A stretch of 63,978 nucleotides of DNA, counting the filler, from Dimargaris cristalligena (taxonomy: Eukaryota), in assembly GCA_003614675.1 (NCBI GenBank). It is 4 parts of 4 records of this genome, joined end to end, with 100 filler letters (N's around TTAATTAATTAA, not from the genome) between each part and the next. Parts side by side here need not be neighbours in the genome. Positions count along the whole stretch, not along the records: positions 1 to 16,424 come from ML002849.1; 3 more parts are not named here. One strand, written 5' to 3'. The position numbers were made by a program, and so were the translations under genes. Below the pieces are notes generated by a model, which searched no databases, was not told the DNA's origin, and was given only the letters and a program-made list of their open reading frames with translations. Positions within the stretch are counted from its first letter, which is position 1; each line of letters starts with the position of its first letter. This document shows, one piece after another, positions 1 to 12,746 of the stretch.

Positions 1-355
1 GAAGAATATGCCGGAATGAAGTGTAGCAAAAAGGTGTAGGGGGAAAGTGTAGACTGCGGGTGTGAGGGGCTGGATAGATTAAGCCCAAAACTCTTTATTT
101 CAAGAGACCCGTCTATATAAGTGAGAAATATAAGCAGAAGGATTGCTATTGTTAAACGAAGCAGTGATATTAAGCCGCCCGATTGGGAAGAGGGGGTCTG
201 TATAGATATGCCAAACACTCAGCGACGTGATGGAATACCGGTTCAAGAAGCGGGTATTTATTTAATAAATGGTGGGTAAAGTATGCTAAACGAAAATCGG
301 ATAGGCCGCTCGGCTTTGACGCTAGTCGGCTTGACTCAAACAAGGGCGGTTTGGT

Positions 356-1701
356 TTACTGGCCGTACTTTTCAACCAAATCTCTGGTGTTCTCTCTAAC
401 GACACTGTCCATGATACGCTGAATCTGCTTACAGCCTTCGGTGGCCAGCAGCATCGTGTCTTCTAGCCGAGTAATTTCCAGGCGGGATTCCATCTGTTGA
501 CGGATTTTGAAGAGAAATGGTACAAAGAGCATGGTTGAGTAAAGAGAGTAAGGGGTACCGTTAGCAAGTTGCCACTAATGGAGGGCATACTTTGCGTGAC
601 TACTATTTGAGGGCTATATCCATCAACCATGGAGCCGAAAAGCGCGCATCATAAATTCAAACATTGAAAAACAACAGTCTAATCTTACCTGAAGCAGGGT
701 GACTTTGCCCGACCGCGGCATGACCGCAATAGTCAAGTCTGGGGTTTCGAACGACGATTCTTCAGTGTGGTTGAGATCGAGTACGGGCGTCTCGTCAATG
801 TAACCGGCCGAGCAAGCGCAGATATATTCCGTCATAGGGATACCGGCGTCAATGAGAGCCAGGGTCGTGGCGTTAATGCAGGCCTGCACGTTTCCACCAT
901 CATCCTGAAGTAGGTGCAGGAAAACGTCGATTTGGGACCGAGGGTATACAGTGGCCACAATAACTGATTCAAAGGTCTGGCGAACAGCGGAGGCGATTTC
1001 TAGGATACGCCTGTTGATATTCAGCGGGGTGTAAATGATGCAGGTACAGAAAAGGATATGGTTAGACCACTACTTTAAATGAACTAGGCGTTAATTGGTT
1101 GTATTTTTAAACACATACACCCACTAGATTAGGATACTGCTTGTAAAACAAAGGGCCTGACTAGGTAACTAGTGCAACCACCCAATAGAGCGCGTGAAAT
1201 GGAGGGGCAGGGGCGCTCTGTAACGTACCGATCACCTTTGGAACGCTTGCGCCGTTCGTTGGTACTGAACGGAGCTACTTTAAACTCGACATTGACGAAG
1301 GCTCGATCATTGAGCGTGTTGGATCGGAGACGGGGCTATTTAAACCAGTTTAAAGACAATAGTAATTATATTTAGATATAGCTATACGATAAGCAATCAG
1401 TAAACTTAACTAGTGCTGGTCCCGTTTGGCAAATACTCGCCGCAATACACATGGCCTTATACTTCTACAACCGGAACTACTACCAATACCCTGACGCAGG
1501 GCTCATTCAATCAAGTAAAAAGAAGCTTACCTCTCGGGGTCCATAAATGGCCGCAAGGACCTTGGTGTTACCCTGCTCGTAATAGGCAGACCCGTCGGCC
1601 TGGGTTAATACGGACTGCTTACAGACCGTCCGGCGCAATTCGTTCGCACGGCGACCGTCGATCCGAAGCCCTTCGGGAGACAGAAGTTCCTGGCGCGACA
1701 T
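356..1701 (-). CDS. RRP41: Exosome core subunit Rrp41/Ski6 (RNase PH family), 4 exons, ~245 aa
   Basis: Exons 1701-1531, 1335-1229, 1010-689 and 493-356; all introns GT-AG and phases consistent. Begins MSRQELLSPEGLRIDGRRANELR, with ADGSAYYEQGNTKV, YPRSQIDV and DDGG...INATTLALIDAGIPM motifs. Confidence 0.96.
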
Positions 1702-2460
1702 GTGGAATGTAGGAAATGCGGGAAAGCTTGCGTTCGCAAGGTACGTTGGAGTAGATAAAAAAAACGGTAGAATTATTCCCAAAGGACTTGGGGGTGGATT
1801 AAACGATGTGGGTACGACGAGGCGATGTGGTAGAAGCTGTTGTTGAGGAAAAAAGATCGAGTTTGGAAAGCTATCGGGAATGCCACAGGCACAAAGGTGG
1901 GCGTCAGGTAGCAAAAGCCTTGCCTAGAAAATGTAGCTGCTTAGATTCCTTTCGCTTTGCCTAACCCATTCCAATAGTTATTTAAAAAAAATGTGTATAC
2001 CTATGATAGGCGGGGAAAATTCAATAGAAATGGGAGTTTATTTTCCCACTGGGATGCAAGCCAAAAGCATAGCTCAATAGAGCCATATGGCCACTTAGAG
2101 TAAACCCTTTTGAATCTGATGTGTATGGTTGAGAAGAAGCTATTAAAATGACCAGTTTCCTCCAGAGTAAGCTAATGGAATTACCAATAATTTTCTGGGG
2201 CAAAAATAAAAGCTAACATCTAGATATAGGATTTATTTTGAACATACAGCGGAAATGAGAAACCTTCGTCTGGATAGGGAAGGACATAAAGGGAACACGC
2301 ATGGTTACGCTGGCTAGCGTAAGAAAGTAGGCATATGAGGAGATGGAAAAGAGGCAGGTTTAATAACGCCATGAAATAGACAGCACTGAAATTCGCTACT
2401 AGCGGAAACATCAGACAAAGTAAATAAAAAAACAACAACCCAGGGTATATCCCCTCGGCT

Positions 2461-3342
2461 CTATTCGGATTTCTTGGTACCGTCCAACATTACCGACCCC
2501 TTGTCAGCCGTCTTCTTGGGGGAGTCCCAGGCGTACAGGGGAATAAACGAATCGATAAAGCCAACATCCTCGAACAGGTTGGGGAAGAGCCAGAGACCGG
2601 GGGGGATAGTGAACACGGTAAGCACATAGAGAATCAACCGAACGATGGACAGGATAAACAGGAAGCCGAGGAAGCCCAAACCCGCTACGGAGATGTACCA
2701 GGCACCGTCCCGCAGGATCGGGGGCCAGAGGGGGAACATCACCCCGGCCAGCACCACGGCCACGAGGCCGATACCCCCCAGGATAATGGTCCACTGGGAT
2801 CCCTCGTAAAGCCAGGCGTAGTAGCTTTCCTCCTGGAAGGCCTGCATGGGGTTGAGCCGGAGCATACGGGTGTCCTCTTCGCTGCTGCGGTCGCAGCGCA
2901 CTACAAACTGGTACCGCACGAGGTCCTTGAGAATTTCGGCGGCGTCGTCACGGTCGGCGACGGTGGGCCGCGATTTGGCCTTATATTGTTCTTTGAGAAG
3001 GGCATTGATGGCGGATTTACCTAATTATAAGGATACGGTTAGTAACAGCGGGCCCGTTGATTAACCAGCAACAGAGAAGGGGTATTATATAAGCTAAAAG
3101 GGTTAGTACACGGGTTCAGGGATGCCAGGGAACATGGGAGGTAATTTGGCTAGTAAGGATCGACATGGCGGTGGATGGCGCGGATGTGCGAGGGAAGACC
3201 TAGTTATAAGTCACCTGGACCTACCTTTAAAGTACTCGACACGGCGGCCATTCAAGATGCCTTCACGGGCACGCAGGCCGGATTGGGACACGTCGCTGAG
3301 GTATTTGGCGACATTGCGGATGTCCTTAGGAGCTTTGTCCAT
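2461..3342 (-). CDS. SEC62: ER translocation protein Sec62, 2 exons, ~225 aa
   Basis: Exons 3342-3225 and 3020-2461. Motifs GILNGRRVEYFKGKSAINAL, YYAWLYEG, two TM segments with MFPLWP, and GLWLFPNLFEDVGFIDSFIPLYAW. Confidence 0.95.
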
Positions 3343-4136
3343 GGTGGTTATTGTGGGAGTTGGGTTGAATGCTTGAAGTTAATGATGAAGAATAGACAAG
3401 GGAAGACTGGAGTGGAGGAGAGAGGTTCAAAAAGCCAGCGAACAGGAGGAACTGGGGAATAAATAGGGGCTTTAAAAAGGTGTTGGCAAAGCGGGAAAGA
3501 GTATAATGGGAGAAACACTTGGCAAGGTCAATGACAGCACTGGCACTAGAGAAGGGGAGGGCGTTGGACTATTATGTTTCGAAGCAACTCGTGGAAGTGT
3601 GCGGTGCAGCGGGGTTCGTAGGCAGTGCCATAAGAGTGGTGTAGATTCTATACAAAGAACGCATCAGCCCAGAAGTAGTGAAACCGTAGGCTCTGGCTGG
3701 TCGGCCGTCGGGAAAGGCCGCTGACTTGGGAGGCCGCCATTGGCCCAAATTTCATCAATGGTATTTCCACTACTAAGATTCCCCCCCCCCCTTCCTCTCC
3801 TCTAATCATCACCACTGGGTTAGTTCTCTTGCACAGACTATCCCCACACCACACTGTGCTCAGGCGCGCGCCGTGCCCGAATAACTACGACTATGACTAT
3901 GCCTGTACCAAACCTCCGGAATTGATGCCATTGTCGTTGGATAGGAGAAGCACCCTATACCCTCCTCCACGACCATTCGGCTCGCTCACTGGCGTGTCTA
4001 TAGAGGACAGGGTATATTGGGCCCCATTATCTGTAAAAAGGATTGCCAAAGAGCCTATATAGCAGCAGTATGTCCCTTTATTAGTCGTCAAAATGAGACC
4101 GAGCGAGGCCATGTAAAAAAAAACGGCTCTACTATA

Positions 4137-5965
4137 CTAACCAAGTGTCGCATAACGCTGCTCCATCTCAACCATGGCTTCCCGCAACTCCCGCAATTCG
4201 TCTTCAGCGAGATGGCTCCCCTGTCGGCGCGCCAGGGTAACCGAAACATCGCGACTGGCCTGTCCGAACCATTTCGCCTGCCGGGTGTTACTCTCCACCG
4301 TCACCAGGCCTGGCAGGGTAGGCCCCACCAGTCCCATTGACTCACCACCACGCATGGTCCAAAACAAGGCCGGGAAGGAGGGGGGTAGAGGAAGCTCCAT
4401 GGGGATGGCCATTGCCGTCCGCATACGGGTATCCAGCCGGGACGCGCCCAGCTGGTGGCTACGCACCACCGTCAACGACTGAATGGCTTCGTCTTCGCTG
4501 GTGCCCTGGGGTGGACGGGAGTTGGCGAAGACTGACAAGTCCTGTATGGTATCCGCCGAGAGATTGGTGCAAGTAGTGTACCAATCGTCGTCCAGTGGTG
4601 GTAGTGGTGAGGGGTAGGTGGAGTGTAGCCCCAATGTGTTGAACTGGCCCTGGTCAGTAATCCGACTACAGAGCTCGTGCAGGGATGCATGACCCGTCCT
4701 AGTAGGTAGTATGAGCCAAAGGAAAGGCCAAGAGGGGCAAGGGTCCCGAATCAATGTAACAAATTAACCATGGCAAAAGAAGATGTTAGATATAGGCCAG
4801 CCCATTGCGCCACGCACTGCTTTTGTACTACAAGATTCCCGCCGGCGCCCTGGAACTCCAAGCCATTACGCAGGCAAATTGATGGAATAGCCTGGCTGTT
4901 AAAACCCTTATGACTAGCTTCCCTAAAGACGGTTCTTTTTCCACATATGGATATCAATATATACATATATCTCCAGCCAGCCAAAGGGCCAGTCGCTTAC
5001 CTGTAGGGAAGGGTGATGGTATCTATCGCAGCCGCCAGGAAGGCACTTGATACATAGGTTTGATTCCACTTCGAGCCAGCGGGACATCGCCAACCCAACT
5101 GACCTAATCTGGCCTCATTGGGCAGTTGCAGGGGCACGTAGGTGCATTCCTCGGCCGCAAACTGCTGGATGGAAAGCAGCTGGGCCATGCTCGGAGTACC
5201 ACTGGCTTCCGCAACATGGGCCGCCCCAAATACCAGCACGGGCTCCTTCGGAAATTCGTCCCGGAGATATTCCACATAGGCCGCGGTGTAGCCGGCAAAC
5301 CCATCATTGGCATTGGCTATAATTTGAAAACCCTGGAGGTAATCGGACTCCTCGACAAAAAATCGGAGATTATCCTCGTTGAGTTCGCCCTGGGTTAGCT
5401 GGTAGCGAAAGAGATCCCGGCCCTGTTGGAACTCGGCGAAGCCATTTAGACCCCCATTGACCGCCAGCGTCGAGAAGTGCGGGGAAAACGTTCGCGGGTG
5501 GAAAAAATTCTCGCTAAAGTCCGTCCAGTAGTGAGTGTCGGGCTCGAGGGGTTGGTGCACCGGGGCATCCGGGTCGGGCGACTCCCACCGCTTAATAAAG
5601 GGGGCTGACTGGATCATCTCCTGGGCACACAGCTGGGCCGGTTGGTCCCAGGTTTCTTCATGGTGGGTCTGGGTCTGGAAGTCGGTGGGGGGCTGGGTCG
5701 AGCTGGCCGATATACCCGAGTAACTTGAGAGCGAGCCGAGGTTCTCCTTAAGGTCGTAAATCAGCAGTCGTGGGGTAAAAGTCCGCCCATAGCCCCTCGT
5801 TTCACTTTCCCGGTAGAGCAGGGTGTGGTTCGGCGCCTGCCGGGCGCCGACTTGGGGTTCAGCAACCTCGCCCTCTTCACTCGGGTAGGCTTGCTGAATG
5901 TTCCAAAAGTGGTTGCCAACGTAATTGGCATATTCGCCGAATTGGAGCGTTACTATTTCGTGCAT
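4137..5965 (-). CDS. DML1: Misato/Dml1 tubulin-FtsZ-like protein, 2 exons, ~508 aa
   Basis: Exons 5965-5001 and 4698-4137. MHEIVTLQFGEYANYVGNHFWNIQ, FTPRLLIYDLK, YWTDF, LRFFVEESDYLQGFQ and IDTITLPYR match Misato segment II and the tubulin-like domain. Confidence 0.93.
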
Positions 5966-6713
5966 GGTGGCGGGGTGTGAATGCGGCGGTGCCGAATGCA
6001 ATGGACAAGTTAAGGGCCAGAAAGACTTGGCAATGGAGCGAATAAAAGTAAGTATGGGGCTTGCGGGAAAGGGTGGGCAATGGCAGACAACAGAGTCTAT
6101 ATTACATTGTAAGTAAGTATTTACCTGTTCCTTACTGGCTCCGAAAGCAGTCTACAAAACTAAGAAACTAAGTCAAAGGCATGTCGCTTCCCACGTCTTG
6201 GGCCTCTCGCTGACCCAAGCTTACTCTACCACTAACTAACTATACTATAGAGGCCACTTAGAGCTGTGTTAATGTTTCGATGGTTCAATTCACTTTGCAG
6301 GCCTGTGTGCCGGATTTAAACAGGTCACGTGGGGAGGATGGGCCACTCTGGCCTGGCCATTTTTCGTGATTTCGCTGGATCATCTTCAGTTCCCTAACAC
6401 TTAAAAAAAGGATGAAAAACCGTTAATATTTTTTTAAAAAAAACTCGGGCTATATACCATACGGCAGTCAGTGGACATTATCGAAATTATATCGGGAACC
6501 GCTGCGTAAAACTTGCCCACTGTCCCCGTTGCCGCTATTTCTGGTTGCCCATTCATTCCCATTAGCTATACTATTGCTACGTCAGTTCGTTGAATTACCC
6601 TCGCCAGTTCGAATTGCGGAGCCCTCCACATAATACCACCTCTAGCCAGCTACTCCCGCACCGTCTCCAGCGAACCCTTTTTGCAAGTGGGCGACCCCTG
6701 TACCTTTTCCAGC

Positions 6714-9700
6714 ATGGTCGATTCTCTCACAATGGAGGACCAACTTCAGCGTATCCGCCGCCAGGCCACTTCGAAATTGGCGAACCAGCAACAGGTATGC
6801 ACAGCACAGGTCCTTTGCTACTACTACACATAACCTATCCTTTTAATTGGGACTGTGGTTCTTCCACTCGCCAACCCCGCACTCAATAATAGAGAGAGTG
6901 AGTACTTAGTAGACTAGACAGTCGTTTCCAAGGCATTTCCACTAACCACCCCTAATCCTGTTTTTCCGGCGCCACTTCCTAATCATCCCTGTATTCCAAA
7001 GACGGCCGCTACGTTAATTGCCGTCGAAGAGGTAAGATATCCTAGACAGCCTCATCGTGCTGGTCCCTGGCTATCCCGATGTTGATTTGATTTTATAAAG
7101 TGCACTGGTCATTAGTATCATCCTGACCCCGCCGCTTGATAAGTCGCTCTATGTGTCTAACGTACTCGTCTCCGCCTCACGTATAACATATATTTCATTT
7201 AATCGACTGTCTACTGATAGACGCTTAATGAGCAAAACACCGAAATCACCCCATCGGCCTATTTTGCTACTCTGGTAAGTATTTCTTATTGATCGAATGT
7301 ACTATTTTTTAGAAGCCAAGCCATCTATTCTGGACCATACCTCTCAGCTGCCTTTTCATTCGTAGAATTGTGCTCCTATAGACTGGATAATTTCCCGATT
7401 CTTACATATCCTACCGATTTTCCCCCTTGGCTCTCCCTCCACTAGGCAACTCTACTCGACCAACAACGCCTCGTTACAAAGGGCCCCGGTATGGCTCACC
7501 CCATTCTATACCTGCTAAATATTATCCTGGCGAGGTAAGTGTCCAAATCTTTCAATATATTTAACCGGCCCCTTCGTACTAACCTTATTACGCTATAGCC
7601 CGCTGACTCCGGCACTATCGCTAATTTCTATTGTGTTCTTATCCAATCAATCTACTTTACGCTTGTACCGATAGTGTTCCCATTGCCATCCAACGCGCCA
7701 AGCAGGGCGAACTCATCAAGTGTCTCGCGCCTTACCTCGATAGCCAGAAGAACGACGCCCCTATCCTACGGCCAGCCCTCGGCTGCCTGGCCACTTTGCT
7801 CATAGCCCAGGACGAGGCGGGATGGAAGCAAACCACCAGTCAGCAGGGGTACCAAACCCTGATGATCCTGGCCGTGGACAAGCGCCCCAAGCTGCGCAAG
7901 GAAGCCCAGGACGCCCTGAAGCGAGTGGTGGAAACCGCCCCGACCGCCGGCCGGGAGCACCCCGCCGCTCCTCTTGCCACCAAACTCTGCCTCCAGCTTC
8001 TGAAGGACTGCGCAAACTCCAGTGAGCCCCAAACGACCCTCCACGTGATCACGGCCATTCGCCATTTGGCGGCCGTCTGGACTTCGTCCACCTGCGCTCC
8101 CCTCGCGAAAGTGCTGGTCCAACTGGCCGAGGCTAATACCGACGTCTACGTGGCCGCTGCGGTATTCGAGACCCTGCGGGATTTAATCATCCAGCAGAGC
8201 GCGAATGCCAAGGCCACCGAGGCCCTGCTCGCTAACCTGGCCGCCGTGAAACCCGAGAAGAGTGACCACACCGTCCTCGCCGCCTGGTACGCCAGCGTCG
8301 GTAAGGCCATGGTCCACTTTGCCACCACTAACCCCGCGGCTAGTCTGGCTGCCATTGTTGATTTCTTTGAAGACTTTTTCGATGATCTGGAAATGGGTCT
8401 CCAGGCCCAGCTCCATGCCCTGGTGGCTAACGCCCTGCTCGGTCTCGTACAGGACTGTCTCCCCTGGACTTTGGAGGCTTCCGTCCCCGCGACTGCTGAA
8501 GCCACCTCTTCCAACCCTGAACTAACCCGTCTGGGCGTCATTGTACAGAAGAGTACCACCTACCGTTACCGGGATACCCTCGACAAGGTGTTGCTGGTGC
8601 TCGCCGCGCTCGTCCACTCCCTGGGCCCACGTGCCTCGCCGCTGTTGGACTCCACGATCCGCAGTATCGCCGACCTTCGCATGCAGGCCGATTTCGCACA
8701 TAAGGCCCAGGCCGACGCGGTCATCAAGGAGGCCATGGTGGCCCTCGGCCCCGCCCGTTTCCTGGAAATTCTCCCGCAGAACCTCGACCCCACCGCCGCT
8801 GCTGCTACTTCCAGTGGCCCGGATGACCAGGTGGGCCGGGCCTGGCTCCTGCCTTTGCTCAAGGAAAGTATCCAACCCACCGAGCTCCGCTATTTTGTGA
8901 AGGCCCTCCTTCCTTTGGCCGATCAGCTCGCCCAGACCGCCGAGGATTTCCAATCCAAGAGCCGGGACACTGAGGCCAAAATTTACCAAACCTTAGTCCA
9001 CCAAATCTGGTCGCTGTTGCCCTGCTTCTGCCGCTACGGTCCCACCGATGTACCCCAAACGTTCAACCAGGCCTTTGCCGAGCGTATGAGTGACGTCCTC
9101 TACGGGGAACCCGAGTTGCGCTCCGTGGTGTGCTCGGCCCTTCGTAACTTGATTCGACCCTTCCTCAACCTCCGCAACCGCGCCGAAAACAGTGAAGGTG
9201 ACCTCACACCGGCTTCTAAAGCGACGGTGGAAGAGGCCCAGGCTACCATCAACCACCTGGCCGGTTTCGCCTCCAATTATATGAGTGTACTCTTCAATGT
9301 CTACAATTCCGTGGCCTCGGATAACCGTGGTTTCATCATGGATGCCATCAACACCCTCCTGGAAATCACCCCACCGATTGAAATCCAGGCCACCTACGAC
9401 CGGGCGGAGGCGATGCTTAACAAGGAACTGGAATCCATGAGCCCCGGTTCCGATGACGAAGACGAATCTACCATGGCCACGGACGGCCTGTCCAAACTAG
9501 CCGCCAACCTTCTCGAATTGGTGGTCGCCATGGTCCCTTATATTGAAAAGACCTCCCTCGAATCGCTCTTTAAACTAGTGTCCCAGTTGCTGGCCATGGA
9601 TATGGCCGCGTCCGTCCAGAAGAAGGTGTACCAAATCCTTAGTCATATGCTTCAGCGCCAAACCGTCGGGGATACCCCCGGAACGACCCGCGCCTGGACC

Positions 9701-11269
9701 CTGTCGGCCCCCCACCAACATGCCCTTTTAACCACTCTGTCGGCCAATATGGCGGAAGTGGCCCCCGCCGCCAAGAAAGACCGACTCCGCTGCCTCCTTC
9801 GTCTAATTCCTAACCTGGCCGACGACCAGCTGCACTGGATTCCCCTGATTTTATCCGAAGCCATCCTAATGACCAAGGAATCGAATGACCGCGCCCGGTC
9901 GGTGGCCTATGACTTGATTTCCGCCATGGCCGAACGTATGAAGCGCGGGGGCACGATCCAGCGATCCGCTCTTGGCCACTCCCCCGAGGAAGAAGAAGAA
10001 GAAGCAGAAAAGGAGGACGAAGAGGATAGTGATTCCATGGCCGTCACCAGCATGGAGGCCTCCCTCGAGGAATATTTCACCATGGTGACTGCGGGCTTAA
10101 CCAGTAGCAACCACACCATGACTAGTGCCACCCTATCGACCCTGGCAGCCCTGCTGTTCGAATTCGGTACCGAATTATCCCCCGATTTGGTGCAATCCAC
10201 GCTGGAGGCCACCGCCATGTTCACCTCGACGCAGGTTCCCGAAGTGGCCAAGGCCGGCTTCGGTCTCATGAAGGCCGCCGTACTGGTCCTACCCCCGGAA
10301 CGGGTGGAATCCCATTTAGACCTTATTCTGCCCGCCGTGATGTACTGGGCCTCCCGCGTGAACGCCAGTCTGAAGGCCTTGGCCCGGCATCTCGTGGAGC
10401 GTATGATCCGCAAATTCGGTGTGGAGGTGGTGACCGCGGCCTGTCCGGAGGAACACCGGCGACTGATTAGTAACATTCAACAGCGCAAGCTGGCCGGTAA
10501 ACGTAAAAAGCACACCGATGATGCTTCGACCAATGCCACCCGCCCGACCCGGTTTGCCAACGCCTACGAGGAAGCCATCCACGGTAGTGATGACGACGAC
10601 GATGATGAGGAGGAAGACTCGTCGGCCGCGCGTTCGAACCGTAAGGGTCCGTCAGGAGCAGCCGCCGGGAAGCCCAGTCGCCCGGACCGCTGGATCCAGG
10701 AGAAGGGTGGTCAGCCCCTCGATTTGCTAGATGAGAGCGTCCACACGCGCATCACCACGGCCAAGCCCCAGCCAGCCCGCCGGGGTCCTGCTGGAGGAGC
10801 TCGCAAGGCGGCGGCCTTCCAGGTTAACGAACAGGGTAAATACATCATCGAAGAACCGACCCCCGCCGCTGCCCCGGGTTCGATTGATACTTCGACGGCT
10901 TCCGCGGAAAAGGCCCTGGAGAACCTGTACCTGGAATCCATCACGTCGGCGGACGGGTTCACGCGGGTGAATAACCGCATTCGCTTCAACAAGCGGAAGG
11001 CGGGTGGAGCGGACGATTCGGCTGCGCTAGAGGATGGTGAAGGGGAAAGCCAGCAGCATTCTTCCGCTGGTGGTCCCGCCGCCAAACGCTCCAAGGGAGC
11101 GGACCGTACTAATAATTCACGAACCCTCGGATCGGAATTCAAGTCGAAGAAGGCCGCCGGGGATGTGAAGAAGGCCGGTAAGCACGAGCCCTACGCCTAT
11201 GTGCCTTTGAGTACCAATAGCAAAAACAAGGCATCCATTGTGGGCAAGCGGGGCCGTGGCCGCAAATAA
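6714..11269 (+). CDS. RRP12: Ribosome biogenesis HEAT-repeat protein Rrp12 (NUC173 domain), 5 exons, ~1282 aa
   Basis: Exons 6714-6794, 7002-7031, 7221-7274, 7446-7534 and 7675-11269, in phase. Motifs DKRPKLRK, GRAWLLPLL, QIWSLLPCFC, LSEAILMTKE and C-terminal GSEFKSKKAAGDVKKAGKHEPYAYVPL. Confidence 0.94.
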
Positions 11270-11506
11270 GTCTTAGGAGAGGGGGGGATACCTCTGCTGT
11301 TTGCTTTGGGTGTCCTTTGTTTTTAATTACTTCCACCCACCCACCATTTCTTTTACTTTCTTCCCTACGTACGGGTCTTGGCCCAGACTGAATATTGGTC
11401 TGTGGGCCAGATTACATTCAGACTTGTTTACTTAAATATGTATGCATTAAACATTTAGCTACTTGATTTACCGTCGATTAAAGATGTCATGAACCGATAC
11501 AATTCC

Positions 11507-11647
11507 TATGGGAGAGATTTAACCTGATTGTATAGTGAAAACCCCTTTCGGTGAGGCAAATACTACTAGTGTAAATGAATCCCTCACCCATTCCCCTATT
11601 CACTTATCATTTAAAACTTTATACAGCTGGGCCGAATTTCACCCATG
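11507..11647. mobile_element. MITE family copy 1 (~140 bp, imperfect TIRs)
   Basis: TATGGGAGAGATTTAACCTGATTGTATA...TTATACAGCTGGGCCGAATTTCACCCA; the internal GAGGCAAATACTACT aligns by eye with the copy at 32818. Confidence 0.75.
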
Positions 11648-12746
11648 TCGTTAGGAAGCTGTGCCTCACTTGTATCTTCTATACATACCAGGCATAACAA
11701 TGGATGCATTATATACCCAGGCCCAATGCAATATCGCCAATTGGCTTTATTGGAAACAATAGGGACTCGAGGATTAGTTGCACCAGCCACTAGATTGCTA
11801 TATAATGTCTTTAACAGATCTATCCATTAATGTCCTTGCCAAATTCGGCAATGCCTCATGCAATGTAGTTCCATCCGATAATGAAATACACTTGGGGGTG
11901 AAGATATCCGAATTGTTGGCTTTTGCTGTTCGTACACTCTCTACTATTCTGTAGGCCCGCTGTCTCACCCCCAATTTTTGAGTCCCCGATACATTTATTC
12001 TTAAGTTACCTACCCGAGAGAGAGAGAGAGGCCTCCTTGGTCGCCCCAATGCCCTTGCAGCAAAAGTATAGACCTAAAAGCAATGGACTTAAAGTCTCGT
12101 TTGCTACAGAAAGGGAGGTTGTACGCGGAAACCTACGATCATTAATAGTCAACTTTCCGGCGGGGGCCTAGATAGTAGCACAGAACAATGGGCGGGCTTC
12201 AATAACCGCCAACAGCTGGACACTGTGCCACTTGGCCTAGTGTGAAGCACAGAGAGTCTGCCACCTGGTCGGCATTTTCCCTCCGTCGCTTCACATATTT
12301 AGCATTGCCTTCCCTTTCCCTATGCTGCATCCAATGTAGCACTGTATATACAAGCTAACCTAGTGTACACCTGTCCTATAAGGAAGCAGCAGCATTGAAG
12401 TGCCTCATTTCAACCGGAGTGCCCTCCCATGAAGCCCTGCGAATACTGTGTTGGCTCATTTTCATAGGCTGAGAAGAGAGCCCGAATTGTTATTTCGAGT
12501 GGGGCAGCCCGCCAATGTTTAGGGACAACGAAAAAGAAACAGGCCGAATATAAGTAGGTGTGCTCGCAATTGAAAATTTTCCTTTGTAGATGCACTTGCC
12601 TAAAAGGTCAGTTGACTAAGATCCTTCGTCCAAACCAGCCACCATCGACCTTTCCCCACTATAACTTCGACTGTTTCATTAAATTAAGCCCAACTTTTAT
12701 CTATTGTCCCCTATTTGCTTCGGCATAAACCTTTAGGTCCCTAGAT

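Noticed and set aside
6326..6445. CACGTG and RRPE/PAC-like words in the DML1-RRP12 divergent promoter
   Set aside because: Short, imperfect matches expected by chance.
7766..11336. Many antisense and alternate-frame ORFs over RRP12 (likewise over the subtilase, YTH, COX15 and SPR genes)
   Set aside because: Expected shadows of GC-rich coding sequence; no recognisable motifs.
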